Positions 37,870-50,280 are shown, counted from the stretch's first letter. The stretch: DNA of 64,000 bases from the human T2T-CHM13v2.0 reference genome, Homo sapiens (GCF_009914755.1 NC_060940.1); one strand, 5' to 3'. Made by a program: numbers and translations. Notes: generated by a model not told the origin, from the letters alone.

Positions 37870-38196
37870 TGACAGACATTCGGCCATTCTTCTGAGCTGT
37901 GTATGGGAGTATTTCTGGATGAGATTAACATGTACATGGGTACACTGAGTAAAGCAGATTGCCCTTCTTAAGGTGGGTGGGCCCCATTCACTCCAATGAA
38001 GACCTGAATACAACCAAAAGGCTGAGTGATGGGGAACTCTGCCTGCCTGACTGCTTGAACTGGGCACTGGTCTTCTCCTGCCTTCAGACTGGAACTTACA
38101 CCATTGGCTCTCCCTGTTCTTAGGCCTTCACACACTCAGACTGGAACTAAACCACTGGCTTTCAGGTCTCCAGCTTGCAGAACCCTAACTAATATA
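37870..38196 (+). mobile_element. MLT2 (MLT2D-like) ERV-L 5' LTR, internally deleted
   Basis: tttctggatgagattaacat...ctgagtaaagcagattgccct...gaaccctaactaatata. Confidence 0.85.
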
Positions 38197-38580
38197 GATT
38201 TTGGTACCAAGAGTAGTTCTAGAGGAACATAATTTAAACATGTGAGTTTCCTGAGTTTGTTCTTGGGTTTCTGGAATTGGTTCTTCAATCTGATTAAAGA
38301 TGCTAATGACTCTATTTCCAGTAGTAAAGAGAGGACTGATAGTCCCTGGCATGCCATGGCACTAGAGATACAGAAAAATACCACCATTAGATGCTCCTAA
38401 TCAACCATTTGAAAGGCAAAGAGCTGGGTGACTATGTATAGGACACTGTAACATTTTTGGAAAACTAATGAATATCTTGAGATTGGCTGGTTGCTCCTAA
38501 CGTCACTGGACAAAGAGAGGAGAGAAAAAGCTGAACTGAGGGATGTGACGTCTCACCTCAGGAGCTGCATGGATGACAGC
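38197..38580 (+). mobile_element. ERV-L internal 5' region: tRNA-Leu-type PBS plus dead gag start
   Basis: gattttggtaccaagagtagttct follows the LTR directly. Translation from 38263, LGFWNWFFNLIKDANDSISSSKERTDSPW, resembles the HERV-L Gag N-terminus and then stops. Confidence 0.8.
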
Positions 38581-39180
38581 CCTGGCTAGCACAGTCTGTG
38601 AGAGGTGAGGACAGACAGCAGTTATGAAAATGTCTGGTGGAGGCTCTGGGGTCATGGTGGGAGCAGAGGAGTGGTGGGGATGGGATGTGGCATGGGAGGA
38701 AGAAGATATGGCTGTGGAACAAAAATTGGCCAAGGGCCTTGGTATTGCTGGTCCAAAGACCCAGAACCAAAGGCTATCCTCCTCCTTTTTATTGCAATCT
38801 TATATCTTGCTTTATTTCTGATAATTAAATGAAGTAAATTATGTAAAGCCCCTGGGTTCAAGAGAAGAGCATTTTTTTCTCTACTGAGAAAGAAGAAATA
38901 AGGATAGGGCAAAAAAGAGGATGAAGTGTCTGAGGTGTGGGTCTGAGGCAGAATCAGAAATGCCTATCTGCTCCAGGGAAGTCATATATTGTATCTGAAT
39001 GGAAAAAAACATTGTGTTCAAATATTATTGTTATAAAGTTATATAGGCTCGTCGAAGAAAATGTTCAGTGTAAAGAAAAGGAAATTAGAGATAGAAAAAT
39101 CATCTACAGACTCAGCACCCAAAGACATTAACTGTTGCTAACATTTCAGGGTGTTACTTTTCAGAAAAAGAATGTAACTT

Positions 39181-39465
39181 TGCCAGATGTGGTGGCTCAC
39201 ATCTGTAAACCCAGCACTTTAGGAGGCTGAGGAGGCAGGATTGCTTGAGCCCAGGGGTTCAAGACCAGCCTGGGCAACAAAGCGAGACCTCATCTCTACA
39301 AGAAAACAAAATTAGCTGGACATGGTTGTGCATGCCTATACTCCTAGCCATTCAGGAGGCTGAGGCAGGAGGATTGCTTGAGCCCAGGAGTTCAAGGTTG
39401 CAGTCAGCTATGATCACAGCACTGCACTGCAGCCTGGGCAAGAGAGCAAGACCCTCTCTCTCAGG
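39181..39465 (+). mobile_element. AluJ dimer
   Basis: ggattgcttgagcccagg in both arms; gcagtcagctatgatcac. Confidence 0.95.
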
Positions 39466-39590
39466 AAAGAAAAGAAAAGAAAAGAAAAGAAAAGAAAAGA
39501 AAAGAAAAGAAAAGAAAGGAAGGAAGGAAAGAGAGAGGAAGGAAGGAAGGAAGGTAAGAAGGAAGGAAGGAAAGAAAGAAGGAAGGAAGG
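39466..39590. repeat. (AAAGA)10 followed by interrupted (AAGG)n
   Basis: Ten perfect AAAGA units at 39466-39515, then a GGAA/GA-rich tract. Confidence 0.97.
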
Positions 39591-41004
39591 TAGGGTGGTT
39601 TTGGGATGTGAAATGCTGTCAGTCAACAAAGAGCTATGACCACAGGTGTCACTGAGTAGCAGGGGCAGCCCATCCTGCTCCCTAGCTGCACTCACCCTGA
39701 AGATCGTCCATTCCCTGGTATGTGGCTGTGGAGCTGGGATACCTCCCCGACAAGCTCCAGATACAGCCTCCTATAACCCCCAGGACTAGGCCCCTAGGCG
39801 ATCTTTGCAAGTGTGGTGGAGCCTGGCCAATTCCCTCCCTGGAGCTCTCTGAGTTCTCAGGCCCTACAACATGCTGAGCTTCTGTTCCATCTCACATTTC
39901 TGCCCTAAACACCCTGGCTCCATGCTTCAAAATGAAGAGTTTGTTTAGCACGGTTTGCTCCCTTGTAAGGAGGCCAGGTATGGAGCAGGGCCAGGTGGCA
40001 GGGAGGTGTGGTTATAAACAGCGTGGGGGTCATGTCACTAGGGTGGGCCTCATCTCCTCCCACCCATCTCCCAGCCCTGCATGCTGGGCAAGATCACCGG
40101 TGGCTGGTGCCTCTGTGTGTCACCCAGAGCCAACACGGTCCCTGCCAGCCTCTGCTCTTACCTGCAGCTGCTGGTCTCCCTGGCAGGAGGAAAGCCAGAT
40201 GTCCAGCTCTTGCCTCCAAGAACTCACTGCTGATTGGAAGGGACATCGATGGGGGCAGATGATGGGTTTGGAATGAGAAACTCACTCCCAGCTCGGTCAT
40301 GGTCACATCAGTGGCCCTTTTCCTGGTTCGAGGTCAGCGCTCAATAAATCTTGGTTTCATTGTTTGATTAATGGGCAGAGAGAAGGGTAGCCCATTCTCC
40401 CCTGGCCCCAGAGGACTCAGACTATCTTTCTCTCCATGAAATTCCAATTACAAGGAAACAGCTGGTAATAAAAACAGTTGACCACAGGACCTTCAACAAG
40501 CCTCTGCCTCTCTCTGGGTCCCATCTGAGAAACAGGGAGGAGGTGTTGTACTGAAGAACTAGGTCTCTGTTAGCATTATCACCAAGGGTTCAACATAGCA
40601 TAAGGAATGAGTATTTGCCCATGATCTAGGTTTGAATCCTGACTACCTCGTGTGACTTGAGGCCAGAGACCTGACTTTCCATACATGTAACTTACAAAAT
40701 TAGGACAAGAGGTTCTACTTCACAGAGTGACAGGGCTCTGGATGGAGAGAAACGCGGCCACACCTGAACATGAAACCATTTTCTCCCTTCCTAGGAGAGG
40801 GCTTGAGCTCTTCCCATTATACACATACACTTAGGCTGTGCACCTAACTGGAGTCCAACATCTATGTCCAGTGGTAATGAGTTATAGAAGTTTCCAGAAG
40901 CCTTGACCTTCAGGCCCATCTGCAGACTTTTACATAGAGAGCTGGGCTGGGCTGGGCTGTGGCCAGGCTGGCCCTGCTGGTGTCCTGGCATAGCAGGGCT
41001 ATGA

Positions 41005-41620
<616 letters not shown>

Positions 41621-42518
41621 CCTCCTAGCCCATTTATGTAATGACTTCCCAGAACTCAGGAGACCAACCCCACTGTTGAGGATGCTGAGGACAGAGTGGA
41701 ATAATGACTGTCCTCCCACCTTCCCGGGAGCATTGTTAGTCTTGGCCACCAAGTCCCACCTCTGAACCTTTGCTTGTCCTGTGCCTCCTGCCAGGAGCAC
41801 CCTCCTACCGCTGCCACCTACCCAAAGCTCACAAGTCCTTGGCCTCTAAGTGCTATGGTTTCTTCCTCTAAGGCATCCTCCTCATTCACTTGGTCTTCAC
41901 CCACTGCTCTCCCGCATGGATCACTTATTCAGCCCTGACAATGACTCGACTCCTATCTTCATCACTGAATTTTTCCTTTCCAACTAAATGTGCTGAAAAT
42001 CAGGACCTGTTTAGTGCTTCCATCTCCCAAGGGGCCTACAACACCTCAGATTCTCAACAAGGCCTCCGACGTGCCTGACATGGAGCAAAGACCCAATGGG
42101 AAACAACTGAGACTCAGTGTCTAGTCTCCAGGGGACCGAATCCTAGCCAAGTGTCTTGCCCATGAGAACACAGATATTAATAACAACTCACTTTTATAGC
42201 ACTTGAAGGTTTAAAAAGCACTTCCGTGTGTCAGTTTTGATAACAATCTCCCTGGCAATAGTAACTCCTCACCTCCTCAGAGAGCCTTCCTCAAGGAAGC
42301 CCCACCTGGCTAACATCTCCTCTCCAATATGGTTTTTCTCAGACCTTTATTTTTCTCTCCCACAGCAGTACCATGCTTTTGCATTATCTTTTCCGTGCAC
42401 TTGTTTTGTCTGTCTCTCCCACTGGAATCTTATGAGGTCAGGGCATGCCTGTATTTTCCTCTATGAACACTGTGTGCATCCATAGAAAGCACCCAGTACA
42501 TTTATAAAAGATGAATGA

Positions 42519-42871
<353 letters not shown>

Positions 42872-42889
42872 AAAGTATTTTCTATATCA

Positions 42890-43380
42890 CCACCCTCCAA
42901 TGTGAATAGAATGTGGGCCATGTCTATAATGTTAAATTTTGTGCTAGTTACACTTTTAAAAAGGTAAAAAGAAATAGGTACAATTAGTGTCACTATTTTA
43001 TTGAACCAGATATATTCAAAATATTATTTCAATATGTGATAAGTATAATTATATAATTGAGTTCTTTCCTAATCTTAATTTTTTCATCCTAAATTTTTGA
43101 AATCTGGAAAATGCTTTAGAAATACAACATCTCAATTTGGATGACAAATCTTTATCGTAAATACCTCATCTTTATTAAGACCTCATAAATTTATAGTTGA
43201 ATAAGCAGATTCACATATCCAAGTCGTTCCAAACGCAGAAGTTTTCTAATAACTGAATCAAGTAAGAATTTTTAAATGTAAGTTAATTCCAATTAAATAA
43301 AGTGGCAAATTTGGCCTCTCAGTCTCACTAGCCACATTCTCAGGGACCCATAGCTCTCTCATGGGGTAGCTTGAGTCTAG
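42890..43380 (+). mobile_element. Second Charlie5/MER33-type element
   Basis: aaaaaggtaaaaagaaataggt...catctcaatttggatg...agattcacatatccaagtcgttccaaac...ctcagtctcactagccacatt. Confidence 0.75.
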
Positions 43381-43399
43381 ACGATGCTGTTCAGCCTGA

Positions 43400-44460
43400 A
43401 TCAGATTGTTTGGGTGCTGCACTCATAATTCTCCACTGACTCCCCCTTACATTCAAGGTAAAAGCCAAAATCCCCCCAGGGCCCAGGGTGCCTCTCACAT
43501 CTGCCCCTGCTCACCCTTCTCTCATTTCCTGCCTCCCTCCCCATCAGTGACTCCCCACCCAGCCACCATGGCCCCGTCCTGGTTTCTCAGACTCCCCAGG
43601 CCCACTGGCACCTCGAGACCTTTTCCCCTCCTCTTCCCTGCCTGCCTGCTCTCTCTCACCCCAACATCACCATGAGTTGCTCTGTGATTTTCTCCAGATC
43701 TTCACTCCAATGTCACCTTCTTGGTCAGTCTTTCCTGGCCACTCTTCTTTAAATAGGTGACCCCCACCTTGTACTGAACTCGAAATCCTCCTTCTCTGAT
43801 TTATTTCACTTCTTGGCAATCAGGTATCGCTGTATTAGTCAGGGTTCTCTAGAGGGACAGAACTAATAGGATACATACATATGTATACATATACACACAC
43901 ACATACACATATATACATATATATATATGGAATTTATTAAGTATTAACTTACACAATCACAAGGTCCCACAATAGGCCATCTGCAAGCTGAGGAGCAAGG
44001 AGAACCAGTCCGAGTCCCAAAACTGAAGAACTTGGTGTCCAATGTTTGAGGTCGGGAAGGATCCAGCATGAGAGAAAGATGTAGGCTGGAAGACTAGGCT
44101 AGTCTCCCTGCTTTTCATGTTTTTCTGCTTGCTTTATATTCTCTGGCAGCTGATTAGATTGTGCCCACCAGATTAAGGGTGGGTCTGCCTTCCTCAGCCC
44201 ACTGACTCAAATGTGAATTTCCTTTGGCAACACCCTCACAGACACACCCAGGATCAATACTTTGTATCCTTTAATCCAATTAAGTTGATGCTCAGTATTG
44301 ACAATCACAATCACTATCTAACAATCTGTATTTTACTCTTCCGATATTTTAACTACCTCACCTCCTCATCCAATAAAATGTAAACTCTACGAGGACTAAA
44401 TGTTTGTCCTTTGTGTTCACTGCCGGATCCCCAGCCCTCAGCACTTCATTCGTTGAGTGG
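43400..44460 (+). mobile_element. L2a 3' fragment split by MLT2A1
   Basis: tcaaggtaaaagccaaaatcc...caatgtcaccttcttggtcag... [LTR] ...tgtaaactctacgagg...tgttcactgccggatccccagc. Confidence 0.75.
43831..44309 (-). mobile_element. MLT2A1 (HERV-L) solo LTR, full length
   Basis: tgtattagtcagggttctctagagggacagaactaatagga...cagtattgacaatcaca; 5-bp TSD atcgc / atcac. Confidence 0.93.
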
Positions 44461-45034
44461 ACAGATATTAATGCCACATGGTGACATTATTATCTCCATC
44501 TTACACATACAGAAGATGGATCCAGGTGGTGCAAAGATGTGCCCAAAGGAAAATAAATAGAAAAAGTCAAAATGACTAGTTGCAGAAGGTTTTACTGCGA
44601 ATTCCATGTAGTTCCCATCGTGCATACTGCCTTCAAAAATGGCAGCTTTTCATATACTTTCAGGGAGAGATTAGAATCCTATAGAACTCCTGACAAATGC
44701 AAATGTTTCAAATATCAGGTCAACCAGCCAATCAACAACTGTGGTATCCATGTGGAGGCCAAAGTAATTCCCTGGGTCTTGCACATCCCACGCATGCACT
44801 TTGCAATCATGAAGGTGAGGGCTTTGCTCTGAGTGCCATGTGTATGTCTCCACTGCTGTCCCTCCTGGATGCCACCTGCAGCAGATATGGTACTGGGCAA
44901 CTGCACCACCCACACTCCCCCTCAACTATGTCTACCCCCAACCCCATATTTGTAGCCACACATTTAAATTTGTAAATATGGGTGCGAATGGCAAATTTTT
45001 TTTCTATGATAGCAACAATCAAAAGACAGTTTAA

Positions 45035-45096
45035 ATGAAATAATTACTACAAATTATCAAATGTCATGAAATAATTACTATAAATTATCAAATGCC
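45035..45096. repeat. 2 x 31-bp tandem duplication
   Basis: atgaaataattactacaaattatcaaatgtc followed by atgaaataattactataaattatcaaatgcc. Confidence 0.95.
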
Positions 45097-46087
45097 AGCT
45101 TTCTAAATACACATGATCAAATTTGATCCCTAAACAACGCTATGAACTCAACATTATCATCATGCCCATTTGACAGATAAGGAAATTGAGACTCAGGAAA
45201 GTGATTGGGCCATGCCACATCATCACTAAAGGACAGAGCCAAGATTTAAAGCCAGGCCCATCTGTCTGTAACCTTGTCAATAGTAAACTGCTTCCATATG
45301 CCTGTTAGCTCTTAGAAACCCCTCGCTAGGACATCTCCTGGAAACAGCAAAATAAAATTAGTCCAACAAGCCAAGTTAAAACCCATTCATTTCCCAAATA
45401 AACTCACAAATTCATTTGCAAATATGTAGAATCTTATAGCAATTACATTGCCTCAAATTTGCTTAATGGAATGACAACTCAGCAAAGCAGAAATGTAGCT
45501 CGAAGAACATTTTATTAACATTTTTCTCTATATAAATCCACCCAGTGCGTCAAGTTAACGGTAACAAATCATTAGTGAAAAAGCATCTTCCTGAATCTGC
45601 ACATTTTGATCCTGACCTTGGGATCTATAAAGTCTGGCACAGATGCATTGCCTTAGCTTCCCTCTGCATCAGGTGTGACAACCTGAGGGAGAATAATTCA
45701 GCCCAAGCACTGTATGGACAATCATTTGTTTTTAAGTGACATGCATATTTCATATTCTCAGTGCACAATCGACCTGCTTAAGTACTGCCATTAATATTCA
45801 CAATGTGGCTGTTACAAAGAGAAGCATGTTGAGAGAGCCATTCGCATTTCAAGTTTTTCAAGGAAAAAAACTAGACATTGCTTAGTAAAGACCCTATTGG
45901 TAACACATAACAGGGCCTCCTTCAAATAGGCTGGAGGAGGGGAAAGAAAAATCACTGTGATGACATACTCCTAACTCTGTGACAGGCTGATAGCCAGACC
46001 TCAGCTAGTGCTGAAATGAGAAATCTGTGAGAAATTAGGAACCCAGGGGGTTAGGAATACCTCTCCATCTTTGCTTTTTTCTAAATA

Positions 46088-46438
46088 CAGACAGTTCCCA
46101 GCTTATGATGGTTTGACTTAAGATGGTTGCAAAGGCAATACACATTTGGTAGAAACCATATTTCAGGTACCCATGCAACCATTCTGTTTTTCACTTTTAG
46201 TATAGTTTTCAATAAATTACATGAGCTATTCAATATTTTATTATAAAATAGGCTTTGTGTTAAATAGATGATTTTGCCCAAATGTAAGCTAATCTAAGTG
46301 TTCTGAGCACACTGAAGGCACGCTAAGCTAAGTTATGATGTTCAGTAGGTTAGGTGTATTAAATGTATTTTTGACTTAGAATATTTTCAACATCATGCAA
46401 CTCTATGATGGGTTTATTGGGACATCGAGGAACATCTG
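46088..46438 (-). mobile_element. MER47A (Tigger5-derived) element
   Basis: TA-flanked cagacagttccc...tcgaggaacatctg with internal gtaggttaggtgtattaaatg. Confidence 0.88.
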
Positions 46439-46799
46439 TAGCCCAATGCCCTTCACTTCTCTCCCTCTCTTTCTACAGAACTGCTTCCATCGCTCCCATT
46501 TACTCATACACAAAACGGCCACCAGAGCTCTGCAGTTTATGATTCTGCAGTTTGAATAAACTTCTAACAATTCCTAAGTTCGAATCCTCAGAGAATGAGT
46601 CAGGTCGGCTCAGTTTTCTTCATGTGAATTTAAATGGTCCCAGGAGATAGTATCACAGAGAACACCTGTAGAGTATGGTCAGTATAAGAGACATGTTTAC
46701 ACCATAGATGGATTGGCACCTGAAAAGGTATCTACTATCAGTGTGACTGCATTCAGAAAATTCTTAGTCAACAACTGTTTTCACAAAATGCATTCTATT

Positions 46800-47720
46800 T
46801 CTCAGTACTCATTTACTCAAGAAACACTTACTGAATGCACGCTAAGTGCCCTGCTGACAGCCCTGCCCAAAGGAACATGCAATCTACAAGGAGAGACAAG
46901 CAGGAAACTCTAAGGTTGTGTGAAAGTTAATATAATAGGAAAAAGCATGGGATGTCATAGGGTGAATGTATAACTCAGCCCAAGGGAGGGTGGGGTGGGA
47001 TGAGGTATGGTGGGGATAGGATAAGATTTCCCAGAGGAGAGAAGACTGACCTGAGATTCAAAGGATGAATAAGAATTAACCAGGGCTATGAAAGAACAGG
47101 ATGGTTGACTTTAGATAAAGGAAAGCAGGTACATAGGAACCAAATTGTCAAGAAGCAAGGACCTGGGAGAAATGTAGAGACTTGTGCTGAAGAAATAAGC
47201 AGGGGTCAGATTATGAAGAAACTTGTCTACCAGACTAAGGGACTTGGAAATACTTGAAAAATTCTAAACTGCAACTCAGTGGAACCAAAGATAGTCTGCC
47301 AAGAAAGCAAGTTTGGTAAATGTCGATTTTATATCACTCTTGTGATAAGATTCACAATTTGCATCAGCATATTAAAGGCTCTGAGAAATCCTGTAACAAA
47401 CACACAAAAATACCTGGTTAACCATGTTTAACCCAGGGTTTCCCAAATGTGTTAAACTATATTCTCATTCCTAGCCCACACCCTGTGGAACACTCACTCA
47501 CTAATCCAGTCTGAGAAATTTTGCTTTGAGGCAATGGGGAGCCTATTGGAAGGTTTTAAAAAGCATGGTGAAATGATTTAGTTTGTACTTTAGAAATGGC
47601 CTACTGCCTGCTACAGAGAATGGAATAGAGGAGTGTATGCCAAAATGCTAGGAGACTTGTTAGGGGCTGTTGTAATTATCCAGGGGAGAAATGATACGGG
47701 TCTGAACTAAGGCAGTGGCA
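46800..47720 (-). mobile_element. L2 relic with a nested hAT-Charlie (MER112-like) piece at about 47270-47525
   Basis: L2 motifs ctgacctgagattcaaaggatgaataagaatt and ggcaatgggggagcctattggaaggtttta; hAT motif gcatattaaaggctctgagaaatcctg. Confidence 0.6.
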
Positions 47721-47858
47721 TTAGGGATGCTGTGGCTGGGAACAGTCATGGTTGCCTAAGATCGTAATACAAATGGCTGCTCCATGGCAGGCCCCATTTA
47801 GGAAGACAAAAAATGAGCATGAGACTGAACTTTATTATAAGAGCCAAGAATGGAAGCA

Positions 47859-47872
47859 CTAGCAGGGGGCAG
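47859..47872 (+). promoter_or_regulatory. Candidate CTCF site
   Basis: CTAGCAGGGGGCAG matches the core CCASYAGRKGGCRS at 13/14 positions. Motif only. Confidence 0.4.
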
Positions 47873-48161
47873 GGCAATTACCAAACAGTGACTGTAACTC
47901 TCCAGCTTATAAAGGATCTGGCATTTCAGAAAGGACAATGCCCCCTTTGCTATAGAACTATACAGTTTGCCCTCCTGGAAGGCCTGCCTGAGCCAGGATT
48001 GCTGGCCTGGTTTGCAGATGAATCCAGTTCAACAGGGATGTTGGTTCTCTTCTTAAAGTGGAAGGCTATAGTGAGCAAAAAGGGAATCTGAATGCCAAGT
48101 GACAGAATTGACCCCTTCTTCTTCATAGACATTTTAATTAAGCATCTACTATGTGCTAGGA

Positions 48162-48218
48162 TGGTACTTTAAAATTTTCCTGGTACTTTAAAATTTTCCT
48201 GGTGCTTTAAATTTTTCA
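48162..48218. repeat. 3 x 19-bp tandem repeat
   Basis: tggtactttaaaattttcc twice, then tggtgctttaaatttttca. Confidence 0.93.
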
Positions 48219-48225
48219 GGTCTGA

Positions 48226-49437
48226 TATATTGGTCATCTCTTGCTGTTTAACAAACCATCCCAAAACTTAGCGCTTTGAAACTACAAAGATTTATTATTT
48301 CTCATGATTCTATGGGTTGACTGGGCTCATTAAATGATTCTTTTCTTTGCATGGAGTCCACAAAAATTACTAACAGAGCTGTGATTTTCTGGAGGCTTCA
48401 AAGGGGCTGGTAATCCTAAACGATCTCTCCATATTGTGAGCGGGGACCTCATCAGGGCTCTTTTCTGGGAAGCCTCAATTCTCTTCTCTGTGGCCTCTCT
48501 GATAGTGGCAGGAGGCAGACAAATGCATAGGCAGATAGGGGCGTGTCCCTGGTGAAACCCCATCTCCAAGCCAAAGACAGTTTAAGCCTAACTACAAGTC
48601 AAATCCACAGACCAGACTGAGAATCTATCTTCCTGTTGGGCATGCTTTCCTCTGATTGATCCTCACCCTTCACCTATTTTACATATACCTACCCTTCCCT
48701 AATTGGTTTATTTACACTGTCATGCCCACATTTGAGTGGTGCCTTTGTTTTAACCATTTTTGCATATTCACAAACCAATCAGCATGCACTCCCCTATTCT
48801 GAGTCCATAAAAGCCTCAGATTCAGCTACACTGGAAGAGAAACCACCCAACTTCAGGTGGGGGACTACCCCCACATCCCCTCTCTGCTGAGAGCTGTTCC
48901 ATCACTCAATAAAATTCTTCTCTGCTCTCCTCACCCTTCAATTGTCAGCATATCCTCATTCTTCTTGGACGCGGGACAAGAACTCAGGAACCACTGAACA
49001 CAGGTATGAGCTATAACACAGGTGAGCTAGAGCATGCCCAGCCCAGCTTCGGGCTAAGCCAGTTCACAATTCAGGTGCAGCCCAGGTGGGCTGGGTGGGC
49101 AGGCCACCTCCTGCAACAGGTAGCATGCTCAAGTGAGGCCTGGGCAGGGTCATTGCTGGCTGGAGGTCCCCAGCTGGCAAAGGGATCAAGAAAAATCCTG
49201 CATCATCTCCATGCAGCTAGCTTGGGTGTCTTGATAGCATGGTGACTAGCTTCTAACAGGACAAACCTTAACTCACAAGTACTTATGAAGTTCTTATTTC
49301 AAGCTTGCCAATGACCCATTGGCCAAAACACATCACATCACATAGCCAAGTCTAGTGCCTATGTGAAATGGGACTACACAAAACTGTGAATACTGGGAGG
49401 TGGTTGATTGGAGCTAACAAGGTAACAATCTAGCACA
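48226..49437 (-). mobile_element. Old MLT1 (J/K/L-type) LTR split by MER50
   Basis: ttgctgtttaacaaaccatcccaaaacttag... [MER50] ...cccattggccaaaac...tgtgaatactgggagg...gtaacaatctagcaca. Confidence 0.75.
48500..49205 (+). mobile_element. MER50 (ERV1) solo LTR, full length
   Basis: tgatagtggcaggaggcagacaaat...gaaaaatcctgcatca; TG...CA ends, perfect 4-bp TSD tctc, and CCAAT, cataaaa and AATAAA in LTR order. Confidence 0.85.
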
Positions 49438-49756
49438 TTTTAATTATAAAATGTATGTAGTACACATAATAAATATTTTGATGTATTTATTTATCTATCT
49501 TCATTGTTGTAATATAAAATAAGGTCTTATTGGAAATGAGTTATCAAAAGAAACCAACATCAAATGTACACACATTGGAAAACAATTTGTGAATAATTTT
49601 AAAAAGCAAAGATTTGGGGGCCGGTGGGCCAAGGTTCATTTGAAGGCTTATGATAACTTTTGTTAGATATGTGATTTAGTAAAATATTGTCACCTGTTTC
49701 CTCAAGGTACTAAAACCTGCCTTGCAGAACTATTAGGAAGATTTTCAAAAGTAGAC

Positions 49757-50280
49757 ATGTATATATATATGTGTGTGTATATATGTATATATGTATATAT
49801 ATGCATATATGTACATATATGTGTATATGTGCATATATGTATATATGTATGCATATATATGTATATATGTACATATATACAGATATATATGTATATATAT
49901 CTGTATACAGATATGTATATATGTATATATGTGTATATATGTATATATGTATACATATATATCTGTATACAGATATATACATATATCTACTTTTATAGAT
50001 ATAGATGTGTGTGTAAATTTTATATAAAGTATTTAAAATAAAAATTAAAATATTTTTATATATGTACATAAAGGTATATATACACATATACATATGTAGA
50101 TATACACATATACATATACACATACATATGTACATGCATATACACCTATATAAGTGTACATACACATTTATGTACATATACATATTTACATATACATATG
50201 TGTATTCATGCATCTATATATTTACATAAATGTATACATACATACACACATGCATGTATACATACATATATAGCATGTAT
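49757..50280. repeat. TA-rich alternating purine-pyrimidine low-complexity tract
   Basis: (TATATG)n-like left half, AT-rich spacer, (CATATA)n-like right half. Confidence 0.95.

Noticed and set aside
38263-38400. Domesticated ERV-L gag (Fv1-like) gene
   Set aside because: Start codon lost, early stop, and the element is truncated after about 380 bp.
49702-50213. Tyr/Ile/Cys/His-rich ORFs
   Set aside because: Translations of the TA-rich low-complexity tract.
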